Source of the DNA: an uncultured delta proteobacterium
GTDB taxonomy: Bacteria > Desulfobacterota > Binatia > UBA9968
Direction of reading: 5' to 3'
DNA: 64,000 nt
NCBI GenBank assembly: GCA_963760795.1
Contig: CAVXEP010000005.1
Coordinates: forward strand, 64,001 to 128,000
Shown here: one piece after another, positions 32,728 to 42,743 of the stretch
Numbering within the stretch: position 1 is the first letter of the stretch
Layout of the letters: the number at the start of each line of letters is the position of its first letter
Made by a program: the position numbers and the translations under genes
The notes under the pieces: model-generated
What the model was told of the DNA's origin: nothing
The model's input: the letters and a program-made list of their open reading frames with translations, nothing else
The model's database searches: none

Positions 32728-33752
32728 GTGAAAAATATGACCTATAAATCTTTTCGAGTCGGACTCGTTGCCGTGATCTTGGCGCTCGCAACCGCCAGTC
32801 CTAGCCTGGCCCAAACATCGAAATCCCAGCAACTCAAAGTCGCGGTGTCCACGGCGACGCCGCACAACACGCCGCTGTGGGTGGCCAGGGACAAAAAGAT
32901 CTTCGACAAGTACGGCGTCGACGTTCAATTGATCTTCGTCATGGGCGGCGCGCTAGTGAGCCAGATGTTGGCCGCCGGGGAAATCCAAGTCGCCGCCAAT
33001 GCGCCCGCCGCTCTTTTGAGCTTGATCGCCAACGGTGTCGATATCTCGATGTTTCTCGGCGTCAGCAATACCTCTCCGTTTGCCTTGATCACTCAAACCA
33101 ACATCAAGAGCGCGGCCGATCTCAGAGGCAAGCGTCTTGGCACCGCGCGCTTCGGCGGCTCGTCCCATGTATCGGCCCTGATCGCGCTCGATCATCTCGG
33201 CCTCGAGGCCAAGCGCGACAATGTGACTATCATGCAAACCGGCCTCGACCCCGAACGCATGGCCGCTCTGGAGCAAAAAGCACTCGATGCCGCCATGCTT
33301 CAGCGGCTAGCCACCAAAACCATGATCGGCAAAGGATATCCCCAGTTGCTCAACATGAATCAGGCGAAGATCCCGTACCAAAACACAGTGCTGGCAGCGC
33401 GCCGGGATCAGATGGCGGCCAATCCGAAGCTATTCGAGAACTTCACTCGGGCAATGGTGGAAGCTATGCGTACGTTTTCAACAAGGAAAACAAGCAAGCG
33501 GTCAAGGAAGTCCTCGCCAAGAACCTGCGATTGTCCAACGTCGAAGCCGCCGAGGACTTTTACATTGAAGCCTTGGAGGAACTCGATCGGAAACCCTATC
33601 CGACCGTGGAGGGCACCCGGACCGTCATCAAATACGTCGCCGAGCAAAATCCCAAGGTCGCGTCGATCAAAGCCGAACGCATCGTCGACCCCACTTGGCT
33701 CAAGAAACTCGACGACGAGGGTTTCTTCGAGAAGATGTACAAAAGCAAATAA
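32728..33752 (+). CDS. NMT1/SsuA-like substrate-binding protein (frameshift ~33465)
   Basis: Signal peptide; PLWVARDKKIFDKYGVDV, DLRGKRLG; C-terminus in frame of ORF 32877. Confidence 0.85.
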
Positions 33753-33839
33753 CAAACATTCTCTGAGAATATTCCAGGGGCATCCTGGCGAAAGTCAGGA
33801 CGACCCTTTCGCGCTAGGGATCGGCGTAAACGACTTCGG

Positions 33840-34106
33840 CTATCCCTTCGCTCCGGCGATCGGTGCGAACTCGTAAATACCGCCATCGGCCATGAGCGAC
33901 AGAAAGAGGTGGCCGTCTTTCAATATGTACGACACCACAAACTCCCAGTGTTTGACGATGCGATCGTGGAGCGAGCCGGGTGGGCACATCGCGCGCGTGA
34001 GAGCGAGCGGACCAAACTGAAGTTGATTCCGTCCCGAAGATTTCCACGTGCCGCGCCCACGGTTACAGTCGATCCGCGCGCTTACACTGCCGTCGGTGCC
34101 GAAGGT
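33840..34106 (-). pseudogene. C-terminal fragment of a META (HslJ-like) domain protein, no start codon
   Basis: Manual translation TFGTDGSVSARIDCNRGRGTWKSSGRNQLQFGPLALTRAMCPPGSLHDRIVKHWEFVVSYILKDGHLFLSLMADGGIYEFAP (DCN..G and TRAMC motifs); in-frame TGA just upstream. Confidence 0.75.
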
Positions 34107-34133
34107 TCGTCATAAACACCGCCCAAGAAATTC

Positions 34134-34212
34134 GCCAGCCGATGGAAGTTTACGGAGCGGCAAGATGGGTTACTTGTCGTTGGAGATGCGATAGGGAGCG
34201 TCATCGCTGCCG
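34134..34212 (+). repeat. Copy 2 of ~80-bp direct repeat
   Basis: Matches 32556-32635; lies at the META truncation and the left edge of the AT-rich island. Confidence 0.8.
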
Positions 34213-34382
34213 AACGAATTAAGGTAAGATTGGATCCTCGGTCCATAACCCTAACTCCATGAAATGGTTGGAAGCTCTATTTTCCTGTTCCCTTGTGAAA
34301 TCGATTAAGGTATTTTCATTCAAATCAGTTTTGAGGTGGTATAAAGACACATTATTGTGCCTGACGAGGCTGATGTAAGATC

Positions 34383-35350
34383 ATGGCAAAATCAAAAAAG
34401 GCTAAAACTGAGAGGCAAACGTCGGAATTTAATCTCGATGTAGGCGAAATTAAAGACTGTCCAGTTAAGCTACTCCGGCTCGACTTGGATAATCCCCGGC
34501 TCCAGACAGGAACTGATCTAGAAGTAAAGGATGAATCAGAGCTTATCTCTGTCCTTTCGGACATCGCCGCGCTCGACGAACTTGTCGGTTTCGCATCGAG
34601 ATTCCGATCCTAGCATGGGGAACTCCATCGGCGGCGTGTTGCAGCGACCGCTACTCATGCCACGGGTCGATGACTGGACGCAGTTCGCGCACTTCGGCCA
34701 GGCGCTTATTTTAGCTGAGCTAACGCTGGGATGGGTTGGGACAAACCTTGCAATTATCCTGTTGGGACCGCTTAGGGGTGCTATACACTTCGACATGTCT
34801 GCGCGTCAGGAGCTGGTGATGAACTGGTTGAATCAGAGATCGCGCAAATAGCGGTAGGTTTGCCTTTTCTCATCTCTATACTGCAATTGGCCGGAAGGAG
34901 TATCAGGAATTTCTTGGCCTGACCGATGGCTGGTCAGACAAACCTCCGCTAAAACCGATCAAAGATGATTATGTAGCGAAACTTGGCGAAACCTTGGGTT
35001 ATATCTACGGTGTAAAAAGCGATGATCGAGCAGCCTTGGTTCGCTCACAAAACCCCGACCTCAAACATCTAGGAGAAGCGCTCGTCAGCAAAACGGCGAG
35101 GCGGATTCTGCAAAACCGAGGAACTCTCGACGATGCACTGGATGAACTTAAAGACCCGAGCGACGCCTTTCAGGATTCACTTATCGCAGTTAATCTAAGG
35201 CTCAAAAGGGCGATCAACTTAATGCCGAAATACCAAGGAGGAAAGCCAGCGGTAGACAACCTTATCGAGGAAATATTCGAACAAGCCGACACGTTGCAGA
35301 CTATCAACAGAAAGAAACAAAGCCGAAGTCGGCACTCAGATGGCGCTTAA
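34383..35350 (+). pseudogene. ParB/Sulfiredoxin-like N-terminal-domain protein, disrupted (middle replaced at ~34588-34831)
   Basis: N-part LRLDLDNPRL..LDELV; C-part in another frame from 34832: DRANSGRFAFSHLYTAIG..FLGL..VRSQNPDLKHL; expected GNRR motif absent. Confidence 0.65.
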
Positions 35351-36392
35351 TGTCCCGCCTCTTAAGGCTTCCACTGCGACTGTCGCCGACTGGGTTGAAC
35401 TAGCAACACTAGCCAACCCAGGAGGATCCTACGCGCTTTCACGTCTCAAAAGATTCTGGGACACCCATCGGGAGTCCGAGGATACTGATCCTGAAGGGCA
35501 ATCTAGACGTGAGGATAATACTGACGATCAGGGTGTGGGCGGTCACGACGAAGATGCGTTTCTAGACGCCATTACCGATGAACTAGCTGAGCGGTATGAA
35601 TCACTCAAGGACTCCTACCCTTTTGAAATTCCTGATAACGGCCTTCGGCTCACATTGCATAATGAACTGAATCCCGGGCAATGCATTTACTTGTTTTGTC
35701 TCTTGCTATCCAACTGCCAAAAAGGGGATGTCTTAGACGGAACCTGGATACCCCCCATTGATCACCGCATACGCGATCTCTTCCAAGCTTGTTCGACTGT
35801 TGCCGCCGCTGGTGAAGTAAATGGGTGTGCAATTTCGTTTGGATGGCCTCGCCCGCACGGCAATCCCGGACTTCTAAATAAACTCCAAGAGGTTTACAAA
35901 CTTTTCGGAGAAGGTAAGCCCCGGCTTGAGCCACTGGCAGGGGCGCCCAAAATGGTTAAGGACGAGGCCATTGATGTTATTGCCTGGAAGCCTACAAAGG
36001 ATCGCGCAGCTGGGACATACTATTTGCTAGGTCAAGTAGCATCTGGAGACAATTGGGAATGCAAAAGCATAAAAGGTGGCCCTATAAATTATTTTCATCG
36101 GACATGGTTCGACCCGCCACCGGCATCCGAGGCAATCGCCTCAATTTTCATACCTCACATTGTGCCCCCAGGTGACGGCGGAACGCGAAAGGATAAGATG
36201 GACCTATGGACGGCAAAATATGGAACGATCCTATATCGCCTCCGCATACCCGCACTTGTAATGGAGGGGATTGCGTTCGCTAAGCAAAATTCTGCCTGGT
36301 TGATCGAGCGAGTTGGAGATATCAAAGACATCGAGACCTGGGTTACAGAGCAAGTCAACTCTTTACGGCACGCCTCCGAAAACAGGAATTGA
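35340..36392 (+). CDS. Hypothetical protein, putative Mrr-like PD-(D/E)xK nuclease
   Basis: KDEAIDVIAW...LLGQVASGDNW resembles the D-x-G-x-D...Q-x-K core; overlaps both neighbours. Confidence 0.6.
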   Translation: MALNVPPLKASTATVADWVELATLANPGGSYALSRLKRFWDTHRESEDTDPEGQSRREDNTDDQGVGGHDEDAFLDAITDELAERYESLKDSYPFEIPDNGLRLTLHNELNPGQCIYLFCLLLSNCQKGDVLDGTWIPPIDHRIRDLFQACSTVAAAGEVNGCAISFGWPRPHGNPGLLNKLQEVYKLFGEGKPRLEPLAGAPKMVKDEAIDVIAWKPTKDRAAGTYYLLGQVASGDNWECKSIKGGPINYFHRTWFDPPPASEAIASIFIPHIVPPGDGGTRKDKMDLWTAKYGTILYRLRIPALVMEGIAFAKQNSAWLIERVGDIKDIETWVTEQVNSLRHASENRN

Positions 36393-37297
36393 TGATAAAT
36401 CCTCTTCGTTACCCAGGCGGGAAGGCCGACTTCCTAGGCACCTTCCACAGAATACTGACTGATTCGGAATATGACGGTCTTCCGTTCGTCGAGCCGTATG
36501 CGGGAAGTGCAGCAATATCCCTTGGTCTGCTTGAGCTAGGTGCGATACCAAGTGTTACACTCATTGAACGCGACCCGTTAATCTTCTCATTTTGGACTTG
36601 CGTGTTTGAGCGTCCGGAACAGCTGGTCAATAGATATCTTGACTTATCAATATCGCTTGAGACGTGGAAAGAATTTCAGCCGCTCTTAGAAGTTGAAAAG
36701 CCGAACTCGCGAAATCTTATGGACCTTGCGATTGCTGGGCTCTTCTTCAATCGCGCAAACTTTTCTGGAATCATGCACGGTGGTCCCATCGGTGGAGCGT
36801 CACAATCGTCAAAGTACAAAATTGATTGCAGAACAAATAAAGCAGAAATCATAACAAGAATTGCTCTAATCTCTGAACTTGCTCCGCTTGTATCGGTCAA
36901 ATTTGGGGACGGACTTGCCCAGATAAAGAGAGATGCTCGACGAACTAACGTCTTCTATTACATCGATCCACCTTACTTTCTCATGGGTGAGCGATTATAC
37001 CGACATTATTTCTCTCACAAAGATCATAAAAAGTTAGCAGAAGCTCTCAATCGGGTTCGCTTCCCTTGGGTACTGAGTTACGACAACCATCATGTGATCG
37101 AATTTCTATATGAGGATTATCCCGTAAGAAGACATAGTTTTCTCTATAGCGCAAAGGGCAGCAAGCGCTACAGTGAACTGGTGATCGCAAATTTTGATCT
37201 CCCAGAACATTTGACTACTCCGTCCATTAACGGCAACAAACCACTGGGGTTAATAGCAACGGCCAAACGAACGATCAAACATGCTGAACTCACGTGA
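36392..37297 (+). CDS. DNA adenine methyltransferase (Dam/D12 class N6)
   Basis: PLRYPGGK, motif I EPYAGSAA, FFNRANFSG, motif IV YIDPPY; TGATG coupling to upstream gene. Confidence 0.92.
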   Translation: MINPLRYPGGKADFLGTFHRILTDSEYDGLPFVEPYAGSAAISLGLLELGAIPSVTLIERDPLIFSFWTCVFERPEQLVNRYLDLSISLETWKEFQPLLEVEKPNSRNLMDLAIAGLFFNRANFSGIMHGGPIGGASQSSKYKIDCRTNKAEIITRIALISELAPLVSVKFGDGLAQIKRDARRTNVFYYIDPPYFLMGERLYRHYFSHKDHKKLAEALNRVRFPWVLSYDNHHVIEFLYEDYPVRRHSFLYSAKGSKRYSELVIANFDLPEHLTTPSINGNKPLGLIATAKRTIKHAELT

Positions 37298-37569
37298 TTC
37301 TGCTAACGGGAGAATCTAACTTGCAAAATGTAAATTTCTCAGCTCGCTTGGGAGGTTCTTGGTGATCTAATCGAGCAATTAGGGCCGCGCTGAATATTGC
37401 TTATTTCCTTTTGGATCATCGGACGGCCGGAGTAGACTTCGTTTAATGCAGCAAGTTGCAAGGTCAGGTCTTGTATCGATACTTTCGGATCATTTTCACG
37501 TTGCTATAGTCAGAAAACCCGCCAGGCACATTTTTGGGTGTACCCCCTCAAAGTTTGTCGACGGTAGAA

Positions 37570-38298
37570 TTACACTTTCTCAAAGGGCGGCACAGGCGGC
37601 CAGTTGGCAACTAAAGTGCCATAACCCGGTATCCTATAGCTGAGACCGAGCTGCGAGAGGATATCCCACATCCGCGCCAGGCTGCTGGCGACTATCGGCA
37701 CCCGGAGCTCGGTTTCGAGCTGGTCCAAAATCGGCAATGGATCGAGCAAGGCGCCTTGGAAATAAATCGCGTCGACCCCTGGGTGCGCCGCGAATGTTTG
37801 GCGCGTCATCTGCGCGACCTCCTGCGGCGTGAGCTTGAGCGCGTCGGTGTGTTTGCGCAAGGTCTGCGGTGGATAAACTGCGGCGAAACCAAACCCGGCA
37901 AGATAATCTCGGTACAGCTCTTTGAGCTTGTCGTCGACCGGGGTCATCAGCAAGATCCGCCCGGCGCCGAGCGCTCTGAGGGCGAGGGCCGACGAGCGCA
38001 GCGCCGTGGCCACCGGCACTTTGATCTCGACACAGAGGCGCTCCCACATGCCGGGATTGAGAACTTCTTTGGGCCCGCCGCTGATCACCAGGCCGTCCCA
38101 TTTATGGCGCTCGATCAACTCATTGGCCTGGCGAATCAATCCCTCGGTTTTGCCTTGTACATCCCAAAGGGAAGTCCCCGCATCGGTCTCCTGCACGAAG
38201 GTAAACTCGATGTCCTGGGGCACGCAGGCGCGGAAGCTGTCGAGATGCGGGCTCGACGATGCCGTGGAGCCGAGAACACCGATTTTTACACGATCCAT
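37570..38298 (-). CDS. Maleate isomerase/arylmalonate decarboxylase (Asp/Glu racemase) family protein
   Basis: KIGVL, ALRALGAGRILLMTP, DAIYFQG, LETELRVPIVAS, GYGTL. Confidence 0.75.
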   Translation of the reverse strand: MDRVKIGVLGSTASSSPHLDSFRACVPQDIEFTFVQETDAGTSLWDVQGKTEGLIRQANELIERHKWDGLVISGGPKEVLNPGMWERLCVEIKVPVATALRSSALALRALGAGRILLMTPVDDKLKELYRDYLAGFGFAAVYPPQTLRKHTDALKLTPQEVAQMTRQTFAAHPGVDAIYFQGALLDPLPILDQLETELRVPIVASSLARMWDILSQLGLSYRIPGYGTLVANWPPVPPFEKV

Positions 38299-38482
38299 TT
38301 TGCCCTCGCTTTAAATGACATAAGTATTTTCGCGGGCGGGGATTTAACCCCGCCCTTGACCAACGGGGATGTTCACCCCCTTTGGAAACCCCATTTAGCT
38401 GTGCCCGCCTCATGAGGCGGGGTTAATGACATGAAAGTCCGCGCAGCTCCGGCGCTGGCGCCGTCAAACCACCGAGCCGGTT

Positions 38483-39565
38483 TTAGTTCGAACGCAAGAT
38501 TCTTTTGATCTGCTCGATGACCGCCGGCGGTTGCTCCACCACCCGGCGCGCCAGTTCCTGGAGATCCTCCCCTAGGACGGGATCAAGCTCCCACTGCGCT
38601 TTTTGAGCTTCGGCCAACAGCTCCGGATCTCTCAGGGCTTTTGCATAAGCTTGGCGTAAGAGCTTCACCCGATCCGGCGGCGTGGCGGCAGGCGCCATCA
38701 TCGGATGACCGAACTCTTCGGCAGCTGTGAGCACCTGCGCCAAACGGCGATTGGCGTCGCTGGTGGCGTAACGGTCCATGAGCTCGAAGATCGTCGGCGT
38801 TTCGGGGGCGCTGCGATCGCGTTTCCGACCGGTTTGAAGAATATGCCGGTCGAAGCCTTTTGCATGCCAGTCGATAAAGGGCTCCCGATTGGTGTGAGCA
38901 GCGATACCGATAAAGCGACAGATCACCTCTCCTCGCTCCACCGCCAGATCGACCTGTCTGGCCTCGGAGTAGCCGGTCACCACGTCCAGTTTTGCGCCGA
39001 GAATTTCTTCCAGAGCCAGAACAAAGCTGGCGCCCTCCAACCCCGTGCTGCCGCACTTGGGGGGAATCTTGGCTTTGATGATATCTTCAATGGACTTGTA
39101 AGGGGAGTCGGCCCGAATGTAGAGAACCGATGGATTACGATCAGGAGAGCCAAGCCAGTGAAATTTGCGCAAGTCGAATTTAACTTCCTTGTTGCCCAAC
39201 AGTTGCGCCATATAAACACGCTGGTTTGGCATGCCCAGGGTCAGCCCGTCGGGCTTCGCCACCTGAGCCATGTAATTAGTGGCGACCACTGATCCAGCGC
39301 CGGGGATGACCTGCAAGATAAAGTTGGGATGGCCGGGGATGTATTTCGGCAGATGGCGCGTCAGCAGCCGGCCCAAGAAATTGTAGCCGCCCACCGGATC
39401 GAAGGTAATGATGCGAACAGTTTTGCTCTCATAGAAAGCGTTCGTCTGCGCGCCTGCGTAACCGGCGCCAATTTGAACGGTCTGCAAGAGACGAGAAGAG
39501 GAATCAAAGCCAGGATGTGCCATCGCGCACATGAGAACGGCGAAAAGAAAAATTCTTAATTTCAT
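38483..39565 (-). CDS. Bug/TctC-like substrate-binding protein
   Basis: YIPGHP..IPGAG, AKPDGLT, VERGE, TPPDRVKLLR. Confidence 0.86.
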   Translation of the reverse strand: MKLRIFLFAVLMCAMAHPGFDSSSRLLQTVQIGAGYAGAQTNAFYESKTVRIITFDPVGGYNFLGRLLTRHLPKYIPGHPNFILQVIPGAGSVVATNYMAQVAKPDGLTLGMPNQRVYMAQLLGNKEVKFDLRKFHWLGSPDRNPSVLYIRADSPYKSIEDIIKAKIPPKCGSTGLEGASFVLALEEILGAKLDVVTGYSEARQVDLAVERGEVICRFIGIAAHTNREPFIDWHAKGFDRHILQTGRKRDRSAPETPTIFELMDRYATSDANRRLAQVLTAAEEFGHPMMAPAATPPDRVKLLRQAYAKALRDPELLAEAQKAQWELDPVLGEDLQELARRVVEQPPAVIEQIKRILRSN

Positions 39566-39696
39566 AGGGGTCGTATGTTGGTGAGGTGCCTGGGTTGTCC
39601 TTTTTCCTTTGGGATTATCTCGCAGCCGGAGCAAATTGATTCAAGAGCTATCAAGGAAGAAAAATGAAACTGCGCCTCTTCCCTAAACATCGCCGG

Positions 39697-40213
39697 CTAC
39701 CACCCTTCCGTCCCCGGCTCTCCTTTCCACGGACCGACAATCTCTTTGGTTATCCAACCGCCATAGAAATAACCTGGCTGCGGGCGCACGCGCTCGCCAT
39801 CGACGAAACAGTCGACGCGACCGGGATAGAAGGAAAAGTAATTGGCAATCGCGCCGTATGGCGCTTGCGCCCTCGGATAACTCCAGGCGATCGCTTCTCG
39901 TGGCGATATCAACGTTTCCAATGTCCAGTACTTGCGCCGCGCCTTTCCATTCGCAAATCGACGTGCCGGGAAACGGCTTCAGCAGTTCCGCGTGGACATC
40001 GTGCGGTGGAATGTAGAAAGTCGGCGGTCCCGCGGTTTCGAGGACGCGATAGGATTCACGCGAGTCGGCGATCAGCAGGTCGCCGCGTTGCACGACGATG
40101 CGCCGATGGTCTGCAACCAGTTTTGGCGGCCGCGGATAATCCCACACGGACTCCTGTCCGGGTCCCGGGGTTTCGGCGAAAGGCGGCCGTTTATGGCCGG
40201 TATATTGCCACAT
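39697..40213 (-). CDS. DUF427 domain protein (frameshift ~39935)
   Basis: ESVWDYPRPP, VLET..PPTFYIP, CEWKG, AWSYP, FYPG, YGGWIT. Confidence 0.85.
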
Positions 40214-40281
40214 GTTTTTTGTTTAGCCGGTCAACCCAAGCGCCCTCCCGAGCCGCAACCGCGAACGCATAGTTAGTTTGC

Positions 40282-40310
40282 TTGACGGCATTCCTAGTCT
40301 TCAATAAACT
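40282..40310 (+). promoter_or_regulatory. Putative sigma70 promoter
   Basis: TTGACG-N17-TAAACT; kept as TTGACC-N17-TAAACT at 43470-43498 in the duplicate. Confidence 0.55.
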
Positions 40311-40417
40311 CCACGAATGTTTCAACCGTTGGGAATATTCCGACTAATTCCGGAGTTTGTCTATCGGCCCAGAGCGACACGGCGATCTCTGGGTAATGCG
40401 TTTGGCGGAGAGGGTTC

Positions 40418-40744
40418 ATGAGAGATGCCGGTTTGCCCATCACTCTGATTGTCATCGGCAGCGCGTGGTTGCTCTGGTACTATAGGTTGTTTCCCGACAT
40501 CGATTGGATCATCGCCGCGGGGCTTGTCCTGGGCGGCATCGCGATTTTGTTCATGGATGGAATCACCAAGAACTCGGTGGTCACTGGGCCGATTCTCATC
40601 GCCAGTGGCATCGCCTGGACGCTCCATGATCGGTGGCATGTGACTTGGTTCGTGATATTGCCAACGCTACTTGTTTTGCTCGGGGTGCTTATGCTTATCG
40701 CCCGTCGAGACAACATCCCGGAACGGCGAGTGCGCCAAACATAG
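40418..40744 (+). CDS. Small 4-TM membrane protein
   Basis: Four hydrophobic segments; GGAG RBS; paralog at 43608. Confidence 0.75.
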   Translation: MRDAGLPITLIVIGSAWLLWYYRLFPDIDWIIAAGLVLGGIAILFMDGITKNSVVTGPILIASGIAWTLHDRWHVTWFVILPTLLVLLGVLMLIARRDNIPERRVRQT

Positions 40745-40965
40745 ATCCCCCGACAGGCGGGATTATGGGTCAGCAGTAGTTTGGTCGATGGAGTCTGCTC
40801 GCCTGTTTTTAGCAGAGGGCAGCAGGGTCAGGTCAGCAAAGCAGCGTTTAAGTGTGATAACAGCAGAGTCCCTTCGGAGGGCTCTGCGTTATCACTACAC
40901 CCGACCATAATCCTGACGAACAACACGGGGAACGTACTTTGGAACGGGATGTTAAACCGTTCTAT

Positions 40966-41340
40966 TTACTTCGCCGTCGGGATACGCAGTTTCTGTCCGG
41001 GATGGATCAGATCCGGATTTTTAATCTGATCACGATTCGCTTCAAAGATCTTTTGCCACGTCACGCCCTTATATTGTGTCGCGATTTTGCTGAGCGAATC
41101 ACCGGGGGCAACGGTGTAAAAAACTTCGCTTCCGGCGGCGACTTCGAGGTTCAAGACGACGTCGCCGGAGCGCATATCCGGATCCAGTCGATTATATTCA
41201 TCCCATAGTAGTTGTTTAACGGCTTCGCTGGGCGCTGTGCCGTGGATGTGAAGCACGTTGTCCTGTTCCTGGATGTTCAAATCGGCAACTCCACTGTCTT
41301 CGGCCATGGCGATTAACGATTGGTACTTGTCTCTCAGCAT
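40966..41340 (-). CDS. LysM domain protein (YgaU/Kbp-like)
   Basis: YTVAPGDSLSKIA..WQKIFEANRDQIKNPDLIHPGQKLRIP. Confidence 0.9.
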   Translation of the reverse strand: MLRDKYQSLIAMAEDSGVADLNIQEQDNVLHIHGTAPSEAVKQLLWDEYNRLDPDMRSGDVVLNLEVAAGSEVFYTVAPGDSLSKIATQYKGVTWQKIFEANRDQIKNPDLIHPGQKLRIPTAK

Positions 41341-41351
41341 GGGACACCTCC

Positions 41352-41852
41352 CTACTTGATAGTGAGTTGGTTAACAACTTTCTTCGGGTTGGCCTCGTTG
41401 GCCGCCTTCATAGCATCCTGCAATTTCGCCCGGGGAATCTCGCCAGTCAGTGTCACTTGGCCGTCCGCTACATTTGCGGTTACGCCTTTCACGTCGTATT
41501 TGGCCAGGCCCGCCTCAACCGCGCTCTTTATCTTCGGGTCCTCGGAAACAACGATCGGCGGCTTGACACTCAAGTTATTGACCACCGACTTGACATTGGC
41601 GACGCCCTTTGCGGCTTGCTCCGCTTGACTCTTCGCCGCGTCGTTATCCACGGTGCCCGTCAGAGTCACGACGCCCTCCTTAGTCTCCACATTGACCATG
41701 GAAGCCAAGGCCGGGCTCTGCACCGCCATTTGCGCTTTCACGCTGGTCGTCAACGCCGCGTCGTCGGGGCCTTTTTGACAAGCTCCCAATAGAGCTACCA
41801 CGCAAAAAACCAGGGCTGCCGTAATCAATTGCGACGACTTTTTATCTTGCAT
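41352..41852 (-). CDS. BON domain lipoprotein (OsmY-like)
   Basis: LGAC lipobox; VETKEGVVTLTG, VKSVVNNL; second BON repeat. Confidence 0.9.
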   Translation of the reverse strand: MQDKKSSQLITAALVFCVVALLGACQKGPDDAALTTSVKAQMAVQSPALASMVNVETKEGVVTLTGTVDNDAAKSQAEQAAKGVANVKSVVNNLSVKPPIVVSEDPKIKSAVEAGLAKYDVKGVTANVADGQVTLTGEIPRAKLQDAMKAANEANPKKVVNQLTIK

Positions 41853-41898
41853 AGTCTAACCTCCTTTGCCTTGAGAGAAACGCCCATTCAAGACGCAG

Positions 41899-41913
41899 GC
41901 AATCACCCTACCA
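41899..41913 (-). promoter_or_regulatory. Putative sigma54 (-24/-12) promoter
   Basis: Minus strand TGGTAGGGTGATTGC (GG-N10-GC with TTGC), about 47 nt before the BON start. Confidence 0.45.
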
Positions 41914-42329
41914 TGTGAAGCTTTTTGGCGACAAGCCCATTCGCCATAAAACTCCAGCCGACCGGAAATCAAGCCTCCATTCATAATGGCAAGATATCAA
42001 GCACGATATTGGCGAATCCGTGAAGTTGTCCGGGGTACGAATCCACAGACCATTTTCGGCATTTCGCGAGCCGCGGGTCAAGAAGAGTAGCTCCGCAATT
42101 CACACCGCAAAAAGAATTGTTTGGCGATCACAAACGTCCGCCGTTAACAAAAGCCATTAACTCCAAGAAACGCCTTGCCCCCAATAAATAGTTGCTGATA
42201 GAGTCGGGGCTCGGCAACTTGCGTTCTATCGGCGCTGGCAAATAGCGAGCTGCTCAAATAGCGGTTGGAATTTAGGCGCGGTGAGATACATCACGCGCGA
42301 GAACTCCGTAAACAGCAAAGGAGACGATC

Positions 42330-42590
42330 ATGCTTGGTTTCTTGATGACCGTTATTATCGGATTTGTCGTCGGCGTGATTGCGAAGCTCATCATGCCAGG
42401 CAAGGAGAACATGGGATTTATTGTGACGACCTTGCTCGGGATTGCCGGTGCCATCGCCGCGACCTATGCCGGTCAGGCCCTCGGTTGGTATGATGCTAGC
42501 CAGGGCGCCGGTTGGATCGGCTCGATTGTCGGCGCGTTTCTGTTGCTATGGATCTACAAGAAGTTCCAGTCCCGTAGCACAGCGGCGTAA
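42330..42590 (+). CDS. GlsB/YeaQ/YmgE family stress response membrane protein
   Basis: IIGFVVGVIAKLIMPG..TLLGIAG..GWIGSIVGA. Confidence 0.9.
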   Translation: MLGFLMTVIIGFVVGVIAKLIMPGKENMGFIVTTLLGIAGAIAATYAGQALGWYDASQGAGWIGSIVGAFLLLWIYKKFQSRSTAA

Positions 42591-42743
42591 TCATTCACTT
42601 CGGGCAACTGGCGGGGGCAACTGCGGTTGTGCCTGAGTATTGACTTACGTCCTTATGGATTATGGCACGGCCGGAGTTGAATAAGATCGAAAGCTGTCAA
42701 GGAAGAAAAAGGCAACTGCACCTTCTTCCCTAAACATCGCCGG

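Larger units (their letters stand above)
39643..40760 (+). repeat. Copy 1 of ~1.1-kb duplicated unit (DUF427 gene plus membrane protein gene)
   Basis: High nucleotide identity to 42691-43948, including intergenic and flanking DNA. Confidence 0.9.

Noticed and set aside
34615-34851. 78-codon ORF inside the disrupted ParB-like gene as a real gene
   Set aside because: No clear RBS or recognisable motif; it may be chance or an artefact.
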